Below, in pieces: positions 28,939 to 38,286 of a stretch of 64,000 nucleotides of DNA. The notes beneath the pieces are model-generated. The model was given only the letters and a program-made list of their open reading frames with translations. It had not been told where the DNA came from and made no database searches. A program made the translations under genes and the position numbers. Numbering within the stretch: the stretch's first letter is position 1; every line of letters starts with the position of its first letter. The stretch is from a phage, in the NCBI GenBank assembly GCA_014435945.1, contig GCA_014435945.1_4088.1. One strand, written 5' to 3'.

Positions 28939-29522
28939 TGCAAGCTGAACACATTCAAATTATGAAATTGATGCATGACATTGCAGAACTATCTGAAAAG
29001 CACAACATTACTGAACATGAGCCTATTGGAAATTATCGTCTTAAAGTTGAATGCAAATCACCATATCGTTTTGGTTCAGTAGTACTGGAGTCTTATAAAG
29101 TTTACGATTATGGAACGACGAAAAAAGGTTCATGGGATACTATGGCAATGTATATCCGCACATCAAGGCATAGTGAGCAAATCGGTTCCATTACTCCAAA
29201 CATGATATTTGTCAATGCTTTACACGAAGATATTAATCGAATTGTTGAATCTAATTTTGATGACGTAGAGAATGATACATATTTGGAAATTCCACCAGAA
29301 CTAGATCAATGTGAAGACATTCGCGAAGGATACATTTTTCAGAGATCAGTACTTGACAACTTCAAGGAATTTGAGTACATGATGCTTTGCTATGAAACTG
29401 CAAAAGCTATTGACACTGGTGAATTGGTAATGTATAGTAAGTTCATTAACTGTGAATCCGATACATTAAAAGAGCTACACACGGCAATCAAAAACATCAA
29501 GGATACATATGAACGCTTATAG
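28938..29522 (+). CDS. hypothetical protein, paralog family 2
   Basis: motif REGYIFQRSVLDNF. Confidence 0.6.
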   Translation: MQAEHIQIMKLMHDIAELSEKHNITEHEPIGNYRLKVECKSPYRFGSVVLESYKVYDYGTTKKGSWDTMAMYIRTSRHSEQIGSITPNMIFVNALHEDINRIVESNFDDVENDTYLEIPPELDQCEDIREGYIFQRSVLDNFKEFEYMMLCYETAKAIDTGELVMYSKFINCESDTLKELHTAIKNIKDTYERL

Positions 29523-30087
29523 TTATATGACAGCCCGACACCAACAGCTATATGATATCAGTACAAAGATGCTACACATTGTTGGTAGTGCCAAAGAAAT
29601 TAACAAACATTACCTCATTCGTGATGTGTCATTTTCATCTAAATGTTTGTCCAAAGAATATTACGATCACGGTATTCTTACTATTTCTGGTGCCAGGAAT
29701 ATTTGTATTGTAAAAAATAATAGTAAAAGTAATGAAGAGTGCGAGATTAGATCCGATATCCAAATTAATGATGATGGAAGTTTTTCACACCATCCATTTC
29801 ATATTAGTACTGTTGGTGTTTTATATAATATTAAAGTAATATTCGGTGATGAAGAGTATAAGTTAAAAGCTATCAATCCAGAATCAAGTACAGTTGATGA
29901 AGAACTGTTTCAGATGAGCACCGTTATACCTGAAGAGGTTCTTAGTACTGTTGTTTTTTGTAGTTTAATTTATCACACATACAAAAAGAACCAGTTCGAT
30001 TTCCACATTTTAGGAACGTACATCTTCAATACTTTGAATGTTGATCGTTTAAAAGCATTAAATGCAGCAATGGATAAGGTGCTATAA
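29509..30087 (+). CDS. hypothetical protein, paralog family 2
   Basis: motif DEELFQMSTVIPEE. Confidence 0.6.
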   Translation: MNAYSYMTARHQQLYDISTKMLHIVGSAKEINKHYLIRDVSFSSKCLSKEYYDHGILTISGARNICIVKNNSKSNEECEIRSDIQINDDGSFSHHPFHISTVGVLYNIKVIFGDEEYKLKAINPESSTVDEELFQMSTVIPEEVLSTVVFCSLIYHTYKKNQFDFHILGTYIFNTLNVDRLKALNAAMDKVL

Positions 30088-30515
30088 TGACAAGAGATGA
30101 TTGTTTGTACATATGGGATATAATTGAAACTACACTTTCAAATCCAGAAAATTATAAAACAAAAAAAAGACAACGACACAAAATATGGATAGATTTGTTC
30201 GTTGAGGGCATACACGCAGTGACTATTTGGGATTCACCGAGGGCATCATCATCTACTCTGTTGGACAATGAATGCATTGATTGCATTAATTCCAATTTTC
30301 ATCTCCACGGTACTACATATTTCGGCACATTTCTGGATATTGAAAGTAAAGATGATATTGATTCACTTGCTTTACAATACGGAGTACTGTATGATACTAA
30401 ATTAATTTACGATTTAGTACTAGCTTCTTATGTGTATAAATTAATGATGAAATACAATCACATTTCTGTATCAGTTTATACTAAGGATATTCTTTCATTA
30501 AGAGACAAAACATGA
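30087..30515 (+). CDS. hypothetical protein (family-2-like, motif degenerate)
   Basis: DSLALQYGVLYDTK at the equivalent position. Confidence 0.5.
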   Translation: MTRDDCLYIWDIIETTLSNPENYKTKKRQRHKIWIDLFVEGIHAVTIWDSPRASSSTLLDNECIDCINSNFHLHGTTYFGTFLDIESKDDIDSLALQYGVLYDTKLIYDLVLASYVYKLMMKYNHISVSVYTKDILSLRDKT

Positions 30516-31018
30516 GTTTATTAAATGCACGAGAATTAGTTGAGATGTATGAGATCTTATCTTCATATAAAAATTCCCCAAAAGATGTAATTCTAAACAA
30601 AAAGTTCCATGTCAATGTTGATCATATGAAAAATATAGATATGATTTCTTTAGTGGAAAGTCGCAAATCGGGTATTGAGCGTGATATCATGCGTTTGATT
30701 TATATTACCAAACCATCATATACTAATGATAGTTCAATTAGTAATGAGACGTTTTTGTACACTCCTTATACTGATTGTACTTTAGTTTCAATGTCTAATC
30801 AGAAACAAGATACTATCCAATTCATCAATACCAGTACTGATAACATTGAAGAAAATGAATTCCAAAACAATACATTAAGTTCATGTAGTAGTGTTATAAC
30901 CTTTATGTCATATCTGTGGTCAATCAAATCAAATGCAATTGTATATAGTTCTAATTACACACAAGATAGTATTGTTGAATCATTTAAAGTTCTAAAGGAA
31001 TACTATGAAAATAACTAA
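30512..31018 (+). CDS. hypothetical protein, paralog family 2
   Basis: motif EENEFQNNTLSSCS. Confidence 0.6.
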   Translation: MSLLNARELVEMYEILSSYKNSPKDVILNKKFHVNVDHMKNIDMISLVESRKSGIERDIMRLIYITKPSYTNDSSISNETFLYTPYTDCTLVSMSNQKQDTIQFINTSTDNIEENEFQNNTLSSCSSVITFMSYLWSIKSNAIVYSSNYTQDSIVESFKVLKEYYENN

Positions 31019-31586
31019 TGATTTTATTAGAAGCTTAGTGCACCCTATGCTTGGTGTTATGAAAAAATTACAAACTCTACCTGAAGACAACGATTACAAG
31101 TTTAATCGTTTTGATTCAGATGTGTTTTGTATTGAAATGGAAATTAATAACAATCGTTATTTTCATTTAAAATTCAAAGAATCGTCGAGTTCGCACTACA
31201 ACTTTGACATGAATTTTAAAATAAGCAATGATATTGAAGAAAACGCAATATCAAATCATATTAGCAGAAATGGTTTCATGCATAGAACTAATATGTTCAA
31301 TAATAAAAACAGTATTATATCTAAATGGAATCATCAATTCACTAAAATTTGTGATATTGATTGCAGTACATTTGGTGAAGAACAATACTTTCAGTTAAGT
31401 ACAATACATGAACTTCCACCATATGATTGTGTAAAAACATGGTTTGATATTCATAATATAATTGATGATGCAATCGTACTTCCATTTGGGTTGTCAATAT
31501 CATATACTGCACCTAAAACGTTTGTTTTTACTGAAGATATGATTATGAAAAAGATATGGGCGATGATCCCACTTATGCTTGATTAA
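31005..31586 (+). CDS. hypothetical protein, paralog family 2 (FQLSTIH subgroup)
   Basis: motif GEEQYFQLSTIHELP. Confidence 0.65.
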   Translation: MKITNDFIRSLVHPMLGVMKKLQTLPEDNDYKFNRFDSDVFCIEMEINNNRYFHLKFKESSSSHYNFDMNFKISNDIEENAISNHISRNGFMHRTNMFNNKNSIISKWNHQFTKICDIDCSTFGEEQYFQLSTIHELPPYDCVKTWFDIHNIIDDAIVLPFGLSISYTAPKTFVFTEDMIMKKIWAMIPLMLD

Positions 31587-31597
31587 CGGAGAACTAC

Positions 31598-32149
31598 ATG
31601 AATCAAAGTCATGATCTTTTTAAATTATGTGCATCCAAAGATGTGGAAGGATGGGCAGATAAAATCAATACAATTATTAACCGTTATCTTGGCTTCTGTG
31701 CACGTTCACGAAGTGAAGGTTCAATGCGTTTCCAAATAACCATGACAATCGATGGTGTTACGATTTATGTCAACGAAGAACGTCTTGGTATTAATCTCTA
31801 TGATAGTTGTGTCTTTGCTATTCACCAGAAAATGGGGGCAGGTTGGGGTTGTAATAATATGAACACCAATGCTTTTTTCTGGGTAGGTCATAGCAACACA
31901 GTACTTGATCCTTCAAAGAAATCAAACCTTTTAGATGATAATTTGGTATATGATTTAGCTTACTCTGAAGAACAACATTTCCAGTTAAGTACAATACATA
32001 GCTTAGTTCAATATGAAGATTGTATCAAAGCATTAGAATTATGCCATTCACTTGAACTTAAAGAAAAATTGATACAAATTTACCCATTGTTCTTCCATGA
32101 AGAAGTACAATGCACACTAGATCATATTTTATATGGGTACGACAAATGA
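31598..32149 (+). CDS. hypothetical protein, paralog family 2 (FQLSTIH subgroup)
   Basis: motif SEEQHFQLSTIHSL. Confidence 0.65.
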   Translation: MNQSHDLFKLCASKDVEGWADKINTIINRYLGFCARSRSEGSMRFQITMTIDGVTIYVNEERLGINLYDSCVFAIHQKMGAGWGCNNMNTNAFFWVGHSNTVLDPSKKSNLLDDNLVYDLAYSEEQHFQLSTIHSLVQYEDCIKALELCHSLELKEKLIQIYPLFFHEEVQCTLDHILYGYDK

Positions 32150-32748
32150 GAAAAAGTTATCAAGAAGCTATTGACCTAATTCGAGAAGTTATTAAGGTGG
32201 CTCCTGGTGCGATAGCATTCAAGAAGTCCCTATATAAAAAGTATGGCTCTATGTCAAGTATGTGCTGTCAAAAGAAACGTAGTAAATTCACTACGCAGTA
32301 CTGGCACGATTCTATTATCCTGAGTAATGAACATCAGCGTATTTTAACAATCGAATCAGTAGATAATCAATATGGTGAAGGAATGATTTGTGTTCCTGAC
32401 TATGATGAAATTAATTTCAATTGTGGAGATTATGAGACAACATTATTATTACACGAGGGTTACCCTGAAGGTGATGTAATGGCAGAGTATAATCCAAAAA
32501 CCAAAATACTGAAACATGGTATGCAGTTCAAAATCAATAATAAAGATGATGTGGAAGCAGCACTAATGCAACTTAGTACTAGTGAACCTATCACTATTGA
32601 TGTAGAAGAGTTATGGGGCATCATTTCAGTACTTAATGAGTGTTATAAAATTAAATCATTACATAAGTACTCTATCATTTTACATACTAATTGTGCAATG
32701 ATAAAATGCAAGAACATACAAGAGATGGTGGTTCCAGATGAACTTTAA
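32146..32748 (+). CDS. hypothetical protein (family-2-like, motif degenerate)
   Basis: DVEAALMQLSTSEP; start at ATGA overlap (ORF-track start 32110). Confidence 0.5.
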   Translation: MRKSYQEAIDLIREVIKVAPGAIAFKKSLYKKYGSMSSMCCQKKRSKFTTQYWHDSIILSNEHQRILTIESVDNQYGEGMICVPDYDEINFNCGDYETTLLLHEGYPEGDVMAEYNPKTKILKHGMQFKINNKDDVEAALMQLSTSEPITIDVEELWGIISVLNECYKIKSLHKYSIILHTNCAMIKCKNIQEMVVPDEL

Positions 32749-33322
32749 AGAAATAGAAAGTAAAATTAAGTACTTCAAAGATATTAAAAAACTTTGGGAA
32801 AAGTATAAAATTGATTATCAGTTCCAAGATGATGATACGGTTCAAAGCATTGATATTAATATTCGTGTGAAGTTCAAGAATGGCAATTATGGCGAAGTTA
32901 AATTGAATGCTATTGGTGTATTCCTTAAGGATTATGATGGTTCTTCACTCGCTCAATTCGATTTCACACCTGATCCTGATGATATGTTATTGAGTGAAGT
33001 CAATGCATATGACCTTGAGATGTTTAATGGTAAACCTTTACTATTCCGCTTATCAGATGAATGGGATGAGATTTACTACACATACAAAGATGGTGTGATT
33101 CGAGACGTAAATGATGAAGTAGTAAATGATATGGAAGAACGTCTATTTCAAGAATCATGTGTGTCATCGGAGTCATATACATATCAATATCTACTTGACA
33201 TGTTCGATTTGTATAGTAAAATAGATTCAGAAATGAGTACATTGGGTATTCATTATCTTACAATCAACGACTTTGCACAACTTGAAACAGCGGTTAAAGC
33301 CCTGGTCAAAGTACTGAAATAG
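32738..33322 (+). CDS. hypothetical protein, paralog family 2
   Basis: motif MEERLFQESCVSSES. Confidence 0.6.
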   Translation: MNFKEIESKIKYFKDIKKLWEKYKIDYQFQDDDTVQSIDINIRVKFKNGNYGEVKLNAIGVFLKDYDGSSLAQFDFTPDPDDMLLSEVNAYDLEMFNGKPLLFRLSDEWDEIYYTYKDGVIRDVNDEVVNDMEERLFQESCVSSESYTYQYLLDMFDLYSKIDSEMSTLGIHYLTINDFAQLETAVKALVKVLK

Positions 33323-33331
33323 GAATGAATA

Positions 33332-33745
33332 ATGAAACTGTATCATGCGAGTACTGTAAAAATTGATAACTTTTATATCCCGTATGGTGGCCTTCATATG
33401 GGAGGTAAACACAGTGCTTTAGAAGCTGCATTACGCAAACTGAGAAGCCCACTAAACGTCGTTGACGCTGATACAGTATACTTGCATACATTAGAAGTTG
33501 ATGTTGATAACGTGCTTCTATGGACGGATATGGGCAGTGATGATGAATGGCGTGGAGTGATTGAGTACTGCGAAATTAACGGCTATGATGCAGTTCAGTA
33601 CCAAAACGATTACGAACCAGATACAGTTCCTAGCTATATGATTTGGGATACGTCTAAGGTTCGCATTATTGAAGTTGATGCGATGCATATGGATGAAGCT
33701 GAAATGATCATCGAAGATTTCCTTGATGAATATGAAGGTGTATAA
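33332..33745 (+). CDS. hypothetical protein (137 aa), not a family-2 member
   Basis: AGGAATGAATA RBS region; visibly GC-richer than neighbours; no FQ motif. Confidence 0.6.
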   Translation: MKLYHASTVKIDNFYIPYGGLHMGGKHSALEAALRKLRSPLNVVDADTVYLHTLEVDVDNVLLWTDMGSDDEWRGVIEYCEINGYDAVQYQNDYEPDTVPSYMIWDTSKVRIIEVDAMHMDEAEMIIEDFLDEYEGV

Positions 33746-34263
33746 TGATTGAACCTATGACAGTACTAGCACGTACTAAATTATTATTGAAGATTGGTGA
33801 GATATTCACTGATATTTTGTACAGTGGGATTGATATACATGAATTAGGCATTAAGCAACCGTGGGAAATAACCAAGTTCTCTGCGTTCTATCGTTTATCA
33901 TATAAAGGGGAAACGGTTCTGGACTGGAACCCCAAAGCCAAATTCATGGAATATGCGGCGTTATATGGAAGCAATGGTGGTATAACAAATAATTTTAAAG
34001 AAATTAAAGTCCTAATTGGGTCAAAGGAATTTAATGATCTACTATATCCAGAATTTAAGTTAACAGAAGAATTAATATTTCAGTACTCATTGATTTTAAA
34101 AGATCTTAATGATTTAAAGTACTACAAAGAGTTAGTAGATATTTTTATTAATACTCGACTTTCAAAAGATATTGTGATATTCTGGTATGTTGAGTATGTT
34201 ACAGAGGAATTGCTTGAAGAATTTCTTCTAAATATGACAGCAATCAAGGAGAAGTTATGTTAG
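33745..34263 (+). CDS. hypothetical protein, paralog family 2
   Basis: motif TEELIFQYSLILKD. Confidence 0.65.
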   Translation: MIEPMTVLARTKLLLKIGEIFTDILYSGIDIHELGIKQPWEITKFSAFYRLSYKGETVLDWNPKAKFMEYAALYGSNGGITNNFKEIKVLIGSKEFNDLLYPEFKLTEELIFQYSLILKDLNDLKYYKELVDIFINTRLSKDIVIFWYVEYVTEELLEEFLLNMTAIKEKLC

Positions 34264-34730
34264 ATATTTTAGGAAACATCGATACAGCAAATTATTTTAT
34301 TCAAGATGCACTGTTCAATACAGTACAGAAAGGGTTGGATGTACGATGTAATATCCATCAGGGAGATGGGTATTTTGTTGATATCACTGAAACACGCAAG
34401 AACGTGTTCAATTTAAACATTACAACATTAGCACGTCAGAACATTGCACGTATTTTGGTCAATAAAGATGAAGTAGTTCTTCGTTATAATTCCAAATTCT
34501 TGTTCACATACAAGAAGAAGACTGACATGTTCAGTACTAATTTGTTTGATGAACCCTTCAATCTGGAAGACTTAGAAGCAACTTTCTTTACACAGAACAC
34601 TATGCTGAAATTCAATGATGTTGAATTTTCATCAGAAGTAATGTCTGAAACACTACAAATGGTTAAGGTAGTATTCTATGCTTTTCAACAGTTTAACGAA
34701 GAACGAAACAAGGTTAACAACAACAGATGA
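34257..34730 (+). CDS. hypothetical protein (family-2-like, motif degenerate)
   Basis: LEATFFTQNTMLKF at the equivalent position. Confidence 0.5.
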   Translation: MLDILGNIDTANYFIQDALFNTVQKGLDVRCNIHQGDGYFVDITETRKNVFNLNITTLARQNIARILVNKDEVVLRYNSKFLFTYKKKTDMFSTNLFDEPFNLEDLEATFFTQNTMLKFNDVEFSSEVMSETLQMVKVVFYAFQQFNEERNKVNNNR

Positions 34731-34743
34731 ACTAATCGCGGCG

Positions 34744-35091
34744 ATGGGAGCCAATGAGAAATACTTCAATGGGATTCATTTTTTTAAAACGGATCTTAGT
34801 GAAAGTAAAGTACTATATGTGTATGGTTCCCAGTACTGCATTGTTACAAAGCACCCCGACGCGATTTCACTAAAATTTAATACTTATTCAAAAAACTTCT
34901 TGACGATTAATAAAAGCAATGTTACTATGTCTGGTATAGGGAATCAGGTTGTTGAGATTCCTTTGGACTCAATTGATTCTATTGAGTTCTTTCAATACGA
35001 GTGCTTAGGTGTTGATTTTGGTACGGTCAGTACTGAATCTATGCGAACATTAATTAATCTACTTAAAGGTAAAGTTCATGCTTTTAACTAA
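34744..35091 (+). CDS. hypothetical protein, paralog family 2
   Basis: motif SIEFFQYECLGVD; start at first ATG after upstream stop (ORF-track start 34678); weak RBS. Confidence 0.5.
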   Translation: MGANEKYFNGIHFFKTDLSESKVLYVYGSQYCIVTKHPDAISLKFNTYSKNFLTINKSNVTMSGIGNQVVEIPLDSIDSIEFFQYECLGVDFGTVSTESMRTLINLLKGKVHAFN

Positions 35092-35578
35092 TTCGATGAA
35101 GAATTCATTTAAAATTATCAAAGAAATACTAAATGGTTCTAAAAATCATAGTGGGTCTTCCTTTACTAGTGACCAGATCCAACACAGTACAAAGGATTGT
35201 ACTGTAATCTTTGGGTTACATAGTCTGCGTTTGACAATAGTAAATAATATTGATAACACAGCAATTGTAATCACCCCATGTCATATTCAGAATGAAACTG
35301 GTGTATACTTACACCACATGGGGACTGTATTCTACATCTTCAATACTGAAGAAAATATTGTTAAAGAATACAACACACTCAATGTTGATGCGGGTGAGTT
35401 ATTTCAATTGAGTACTGTCAATGATTGTAACTTCAGTGACAATGCAGAAGTACTTCCATTGTTTCTAAGTCTTCTCAATAACATGGAAAAACTAACCACT
35501 GCATACAACAAAAATGACGTACCGCAAGCAGTATTGAATATCACCGAAGCAATGGAGAAATACAAAGCTGTGACCTAA
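35078..35578 (+). CDS. hypothetical protein, paralog family 2
   Basis: motif DAGELFQLSTVNDC. Confidence 0.6.
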   Translation: MLLTNSMKNSFKIIKEILNGSKNHSGSSFTSDQIQHSTKDCTVIFGLHSLRLTIVNNIDNTAIVITPCHIQNETGVYLHHMGTVFYIFNTEENIVKEYNTLNVDAGELFQLSTVNDCNFSDNAEVLPLFLSLLNNMEKLTTAYNKNDVPQAVLNITEAMEKYKAVT

Positions 35579-35620
35579 TATATGTGCACATGGAGTGCCT
35601 TTGAAGATCAAGGATAGATC

Positions 35621-36094
35621 ATGGAGATTAAAACTGTTGAGAATGGAAAGATAGATGACATTTTAGAGTTGGACGCATTCAAAGTTCATGATATAATGTT
35701 CAATGTAAAGGACATAATTCAGTGCTTGTTTTTATGCAGTAAAACTATGCACGACTTCTTTCACAATCCAAATACTAATGTTTTTATACTAACAATCAGT
35801 ACTAGCAATTCGTTTATCATGGGTATGCCTATGAGTACAAATGACGAGTACATTGATTGTGTTATTCGTAACAATGATAATATTACCCCACAATCTGAAG
35901 TACGTAAGAAAAAGAATACATACACTATCAAAGATGATAAAATCATGATGTGTTGTAGTAAAGGGTTTATTTTGGATAATTTTAAAGTGAAAGATAGTTA
36001 TCATGATTTTAAAGTATCAGAGACACAAACTAATGTAGTTCTTTACGCAAGTGATATTGAAAGCCTAACAGTTAAAGATCCCGATTTGGAGTAA
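35621..36094 (+). CDS. hypothetical protein (157 aa)
   Basis: ORF; no family motif. Confidence 0.55.
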   Translation: MEIKTVENGKIDDILELDAFKVHDIMFNVKDIIQCLFLCSKTMHDFFHNPNTNVFILTISTSNSFIMGMPMSTNDEYIDCVIRNNDNITPQSEVRKKKNTYTIKDDKIMMCCSKGFILDNFKVKDSYHDFKVSETQTNVVLYASDIESLTVKDPDLE

Positions 36095-36096
36095 GT

Positions 36097-36228
36097 ATGG
36101 CTAAAAATGTAAACAACTTTGTACAAAAGCATATGAATGAGTTTAATAAACCTCAAACACATGTGGACCGTAAAAAAGCAATGAAGAATGGTAAAGTAAA
36201 ACACAAGTCGAGATTTATTCTCGACTAA
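36097..36228 (+). CDS. hypothetical small basic protein (43 aa), below the ORF-track cutoff
   Basis: ATG 2 nt after upstream TAA; encodes MAKNVNNFVQKHMNEFNKPQTHVDRKKAMKNGKVKHKSRFILD. Confidence 0.4.
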   Translation: MAKNVNNFVQKHMNEFNKPQTHVDRKKAMKNGKVKHKSRFILD

Positions 36229-36261
36229 TTTTTTGTCCGAAATTTAGGAGATTGTATTACT

Positions 36262-37110
36262 ATGGATACAACAGATTTTCGTAATTTCAAAAAGTATTCA
36301 GTACTTGAACATATCAACGAATTTCTGAATTCCCCAACACCATTTGGTATCAGTACATCAGATACATACGATGGATATAGAATCTTCCCATGCAATGACT
36401 TTCAAATTTCTGTCAAAAAAGGTACTTCAAAAGAAGTTGCAATTCGTGATGTAGTACTGTATAGCGATTCTTCTATTTCTTACTGTCATGATGTGAACAA
36501 TTTTGAATCTCTTTCAACACCTAATTGTTCATACTACAAATCGAATGACACTATGATGTACAAAGAAGAACACATCAATGGGGTTTCGTTTTATAAAACC
36601 GCCAGTGATAAATCTTATACATCTAGAGATGATTTTGGAAAATATACATGCACTATGTATACGGATGATGAAAAATCAAATCGTATTCATTCATTCGAAT
36701 CCAAATTCAAAGAGAGTGAAGTTTCAAATATCACTATACAAGAACAGGTTACCGAAGATGGTGTTGTGTATCGTAGTACTGCATTCTTCCGAATGAAAGA
36801 TATTGCAACTGGTCGCCCAATGATGTATAATATTGACATATTCATGAAAGGTGAAACATCGGAAGTGGTGATTAGTACTGGTTATCGTGCCAACTACACA
36901 TTTACAATGCATTCACCTGATGCATCGTTGGTACATCTATTCAACAATTTATATACTTTTCAATTCGAACTTGGTTTCGAAACAAATGAATATCAAATAT
37001 TTGAGATATTAAAAAGTAATATTATTAAGAAATTGGAATATTACTTCCAGTTAGGCGGGAAGATGAACATAGTTAATACTATGTTGTGCAACATAAAAGA
37101 AACAATGTAA
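36262..37110 (+). CDS. hypothetical protein (282 aa) with family-2-like motif near C-terminus
   Basis: AGGAG RBS; KLEYYFQLGGK close to the C-terminus. Confidence 0.6.
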   Translation: MDTTDFRNFKKYSVLEHINEFLNSPTPFGISTSDTYDGYRIFPCNDFQISVKKGTSKEVAIRDVVLYSDSSISYCHDVNNFESLSTPNCSYYKSNDTMMYKEEHINGVSFYKTASDKSYTSRDDFGKYTCTMYTDDEKSNRIHSFESKFKESEVSNITIQEQVTEDGVVYRSTAFFRMKDIATGRPMMYNIDIFMKGETSEVVISTGYRANYTFTMHSPDASLVHLFNNLYTFQFELGFETNEYQIFEILKSNIIKKLEYYFQLGGKMNIVNTMLCNIKETM

Positions 37111-37126
37111 TTATGGAGGATTTGGT

Positions 37127-37420
37127 ATGGATACTAAATTCAAACTTATTTTCAAAACAGAACCGTATATCCCTTATACTGGTGAACGTTTTATTCCACC
37201 TGGTGCTGTGGAGATTGAGCATCCTGATGGAACAAAATTGTATCTCAGCCCATGTTCATATGAACGTGCAGTTGAAATGCTAATTATGAATAGCAAACAC
37301 TGTAGTAATAAGTACATTAGCTACTTATACAATGAACACATTCTAGAATTTAATGATGAGAATATGTTTATGCTGGCTATTAACGATTTCAATAACTGGC
37401 ACGAAAGTTTGACTATTTGA
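37127..37420 (+). CDS. hypothetical protein (97 aa)
   Basis: ORF with GGAGGA RBS. Confidence 0.6.
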   Translation: MDTKFKLIFKTEPYIPYTGERFIPPGAVEIEHPDGTKLYLSPCSYERAVEMLIMNSKHCSNKYISYLYNEHILEFNDENMFMLAINDFNNWHESLTI

Positions 37421-37427
37421 TAAAATA

Positions 37428-37458
37428 TTGTGGACATAACAATTCCTTGTGATATAAT
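37428..37458 (+). promoter_or_regulatory. sigma70-like promoter
   Basis: TTGTGG 37428-37433, TG-extended TATAAT 37453-37458. Confidence 0.45.
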
Positions 37459-37491
37459 GTTCACATCTTTTTTTGATAAATGGAGATATAG

Positions 37492-37878
37492 ATGAATACA
37501 AGTTCTGTTCTAAAAGCGATTGGTGGTGTACTTCTGATTGAAGTCCAGGGTGAACCTAAGCTATGTTGCTTAGAAGACATGAAGAATACTAAACACTTCA
37601 GTACTGGACAGATTTTCAATGCTATTCGTGTTCTTAACGACAAATCAGTACAAGACTATGGAAAGGTATGGCCTTCGTATGTAAATCCTGAAGGTGAAAT
37701 TAGTGCTGATTGGAAAACAATTGAAGCAGTACGTGTGAGTTGTGAGAGCGATTGGGATTTCATCGTTGAAGTATGTGACCAACTGCAAGAAGATGTGCCA
37801 GAGATTGTCGAACGTAAAGAAGTTCTTGCACAACTTGATAAATTCCGTCACGGTACTCTACCGTATGACGTAATCTAA
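37492..37878 (+). CDS. hypothetical protein (128 aa)
   Basis: ORF with GGAGA RBS. Confidence 0.6.
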   Translation: MNTSSVLKAIGGVLLIEVQGEPKLCCLEDMKNTKHFSTGQIFNAIRVLNDKSVQDYGKVWPSYVNPEGEISADWKTIEAVRVSCESDWDFIVEVCDQLQEDVPEIVERKEVLAQLDKFRHGTLPYDVI

Positions 37879-37929
37879 TCTGATTTATTAAAAACTATCT
37901 AACTAACATTATATAAAAAGGAATTTAAA

Positions 37930-38235
37930 ATGGAAGACAACGGAATGAAATTTGATATGTTTGAAGGTGTACCAGAGTTCGATTTCAATAAACTTGAAAA
38001 TGGTGAAGAATCAGAACTAGTAAGTGTTACACTAAAATCAGATACCAAAAAGAAATATTCCCCATCAGTTCGTTCACGTTCTCAAGAAGAATATGAAACC
38101 TTCATTGATAGTATTCATTACGAAACGTTCCATCATGCAGATGGTACTCCGTATGAAGTTCGTGTTACAGTACTGAAGCCTGAAGTAAACCCAATGGAAA
38201 ATCTACGTCCTGTTTACTGCTGGGCAAGCCACTAA
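37930..38235 (+). CDS. hypothetical protein (101 aa)
   Basis: ORF with AAAGGAA RBS. Confidence 0.6.
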   Translation: MEDNGMKFDMFEGVPEFDFNKLENGEESELVSVTLKSDTKKKYSPSVRSRSQEEYETFIDSIHYETFHHADGTPYEVRVTVLKPEVNPMENLRPVYCWASH

Positions 38236-38241
38236 TAAACC

Positions 38242-38276
38242 AAAGGACGGGATATAATATCTCGTCCTTTTTTTGT
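38242..38276 (+). terminator. rho-independent terminator
   Basis: long hairpin AAAGGACGGGAT...ATCTCGTCCTTT followed by a T7 run. Confidence 0.65.
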
Positions 38277-38286
38277 CTGGAGATAT

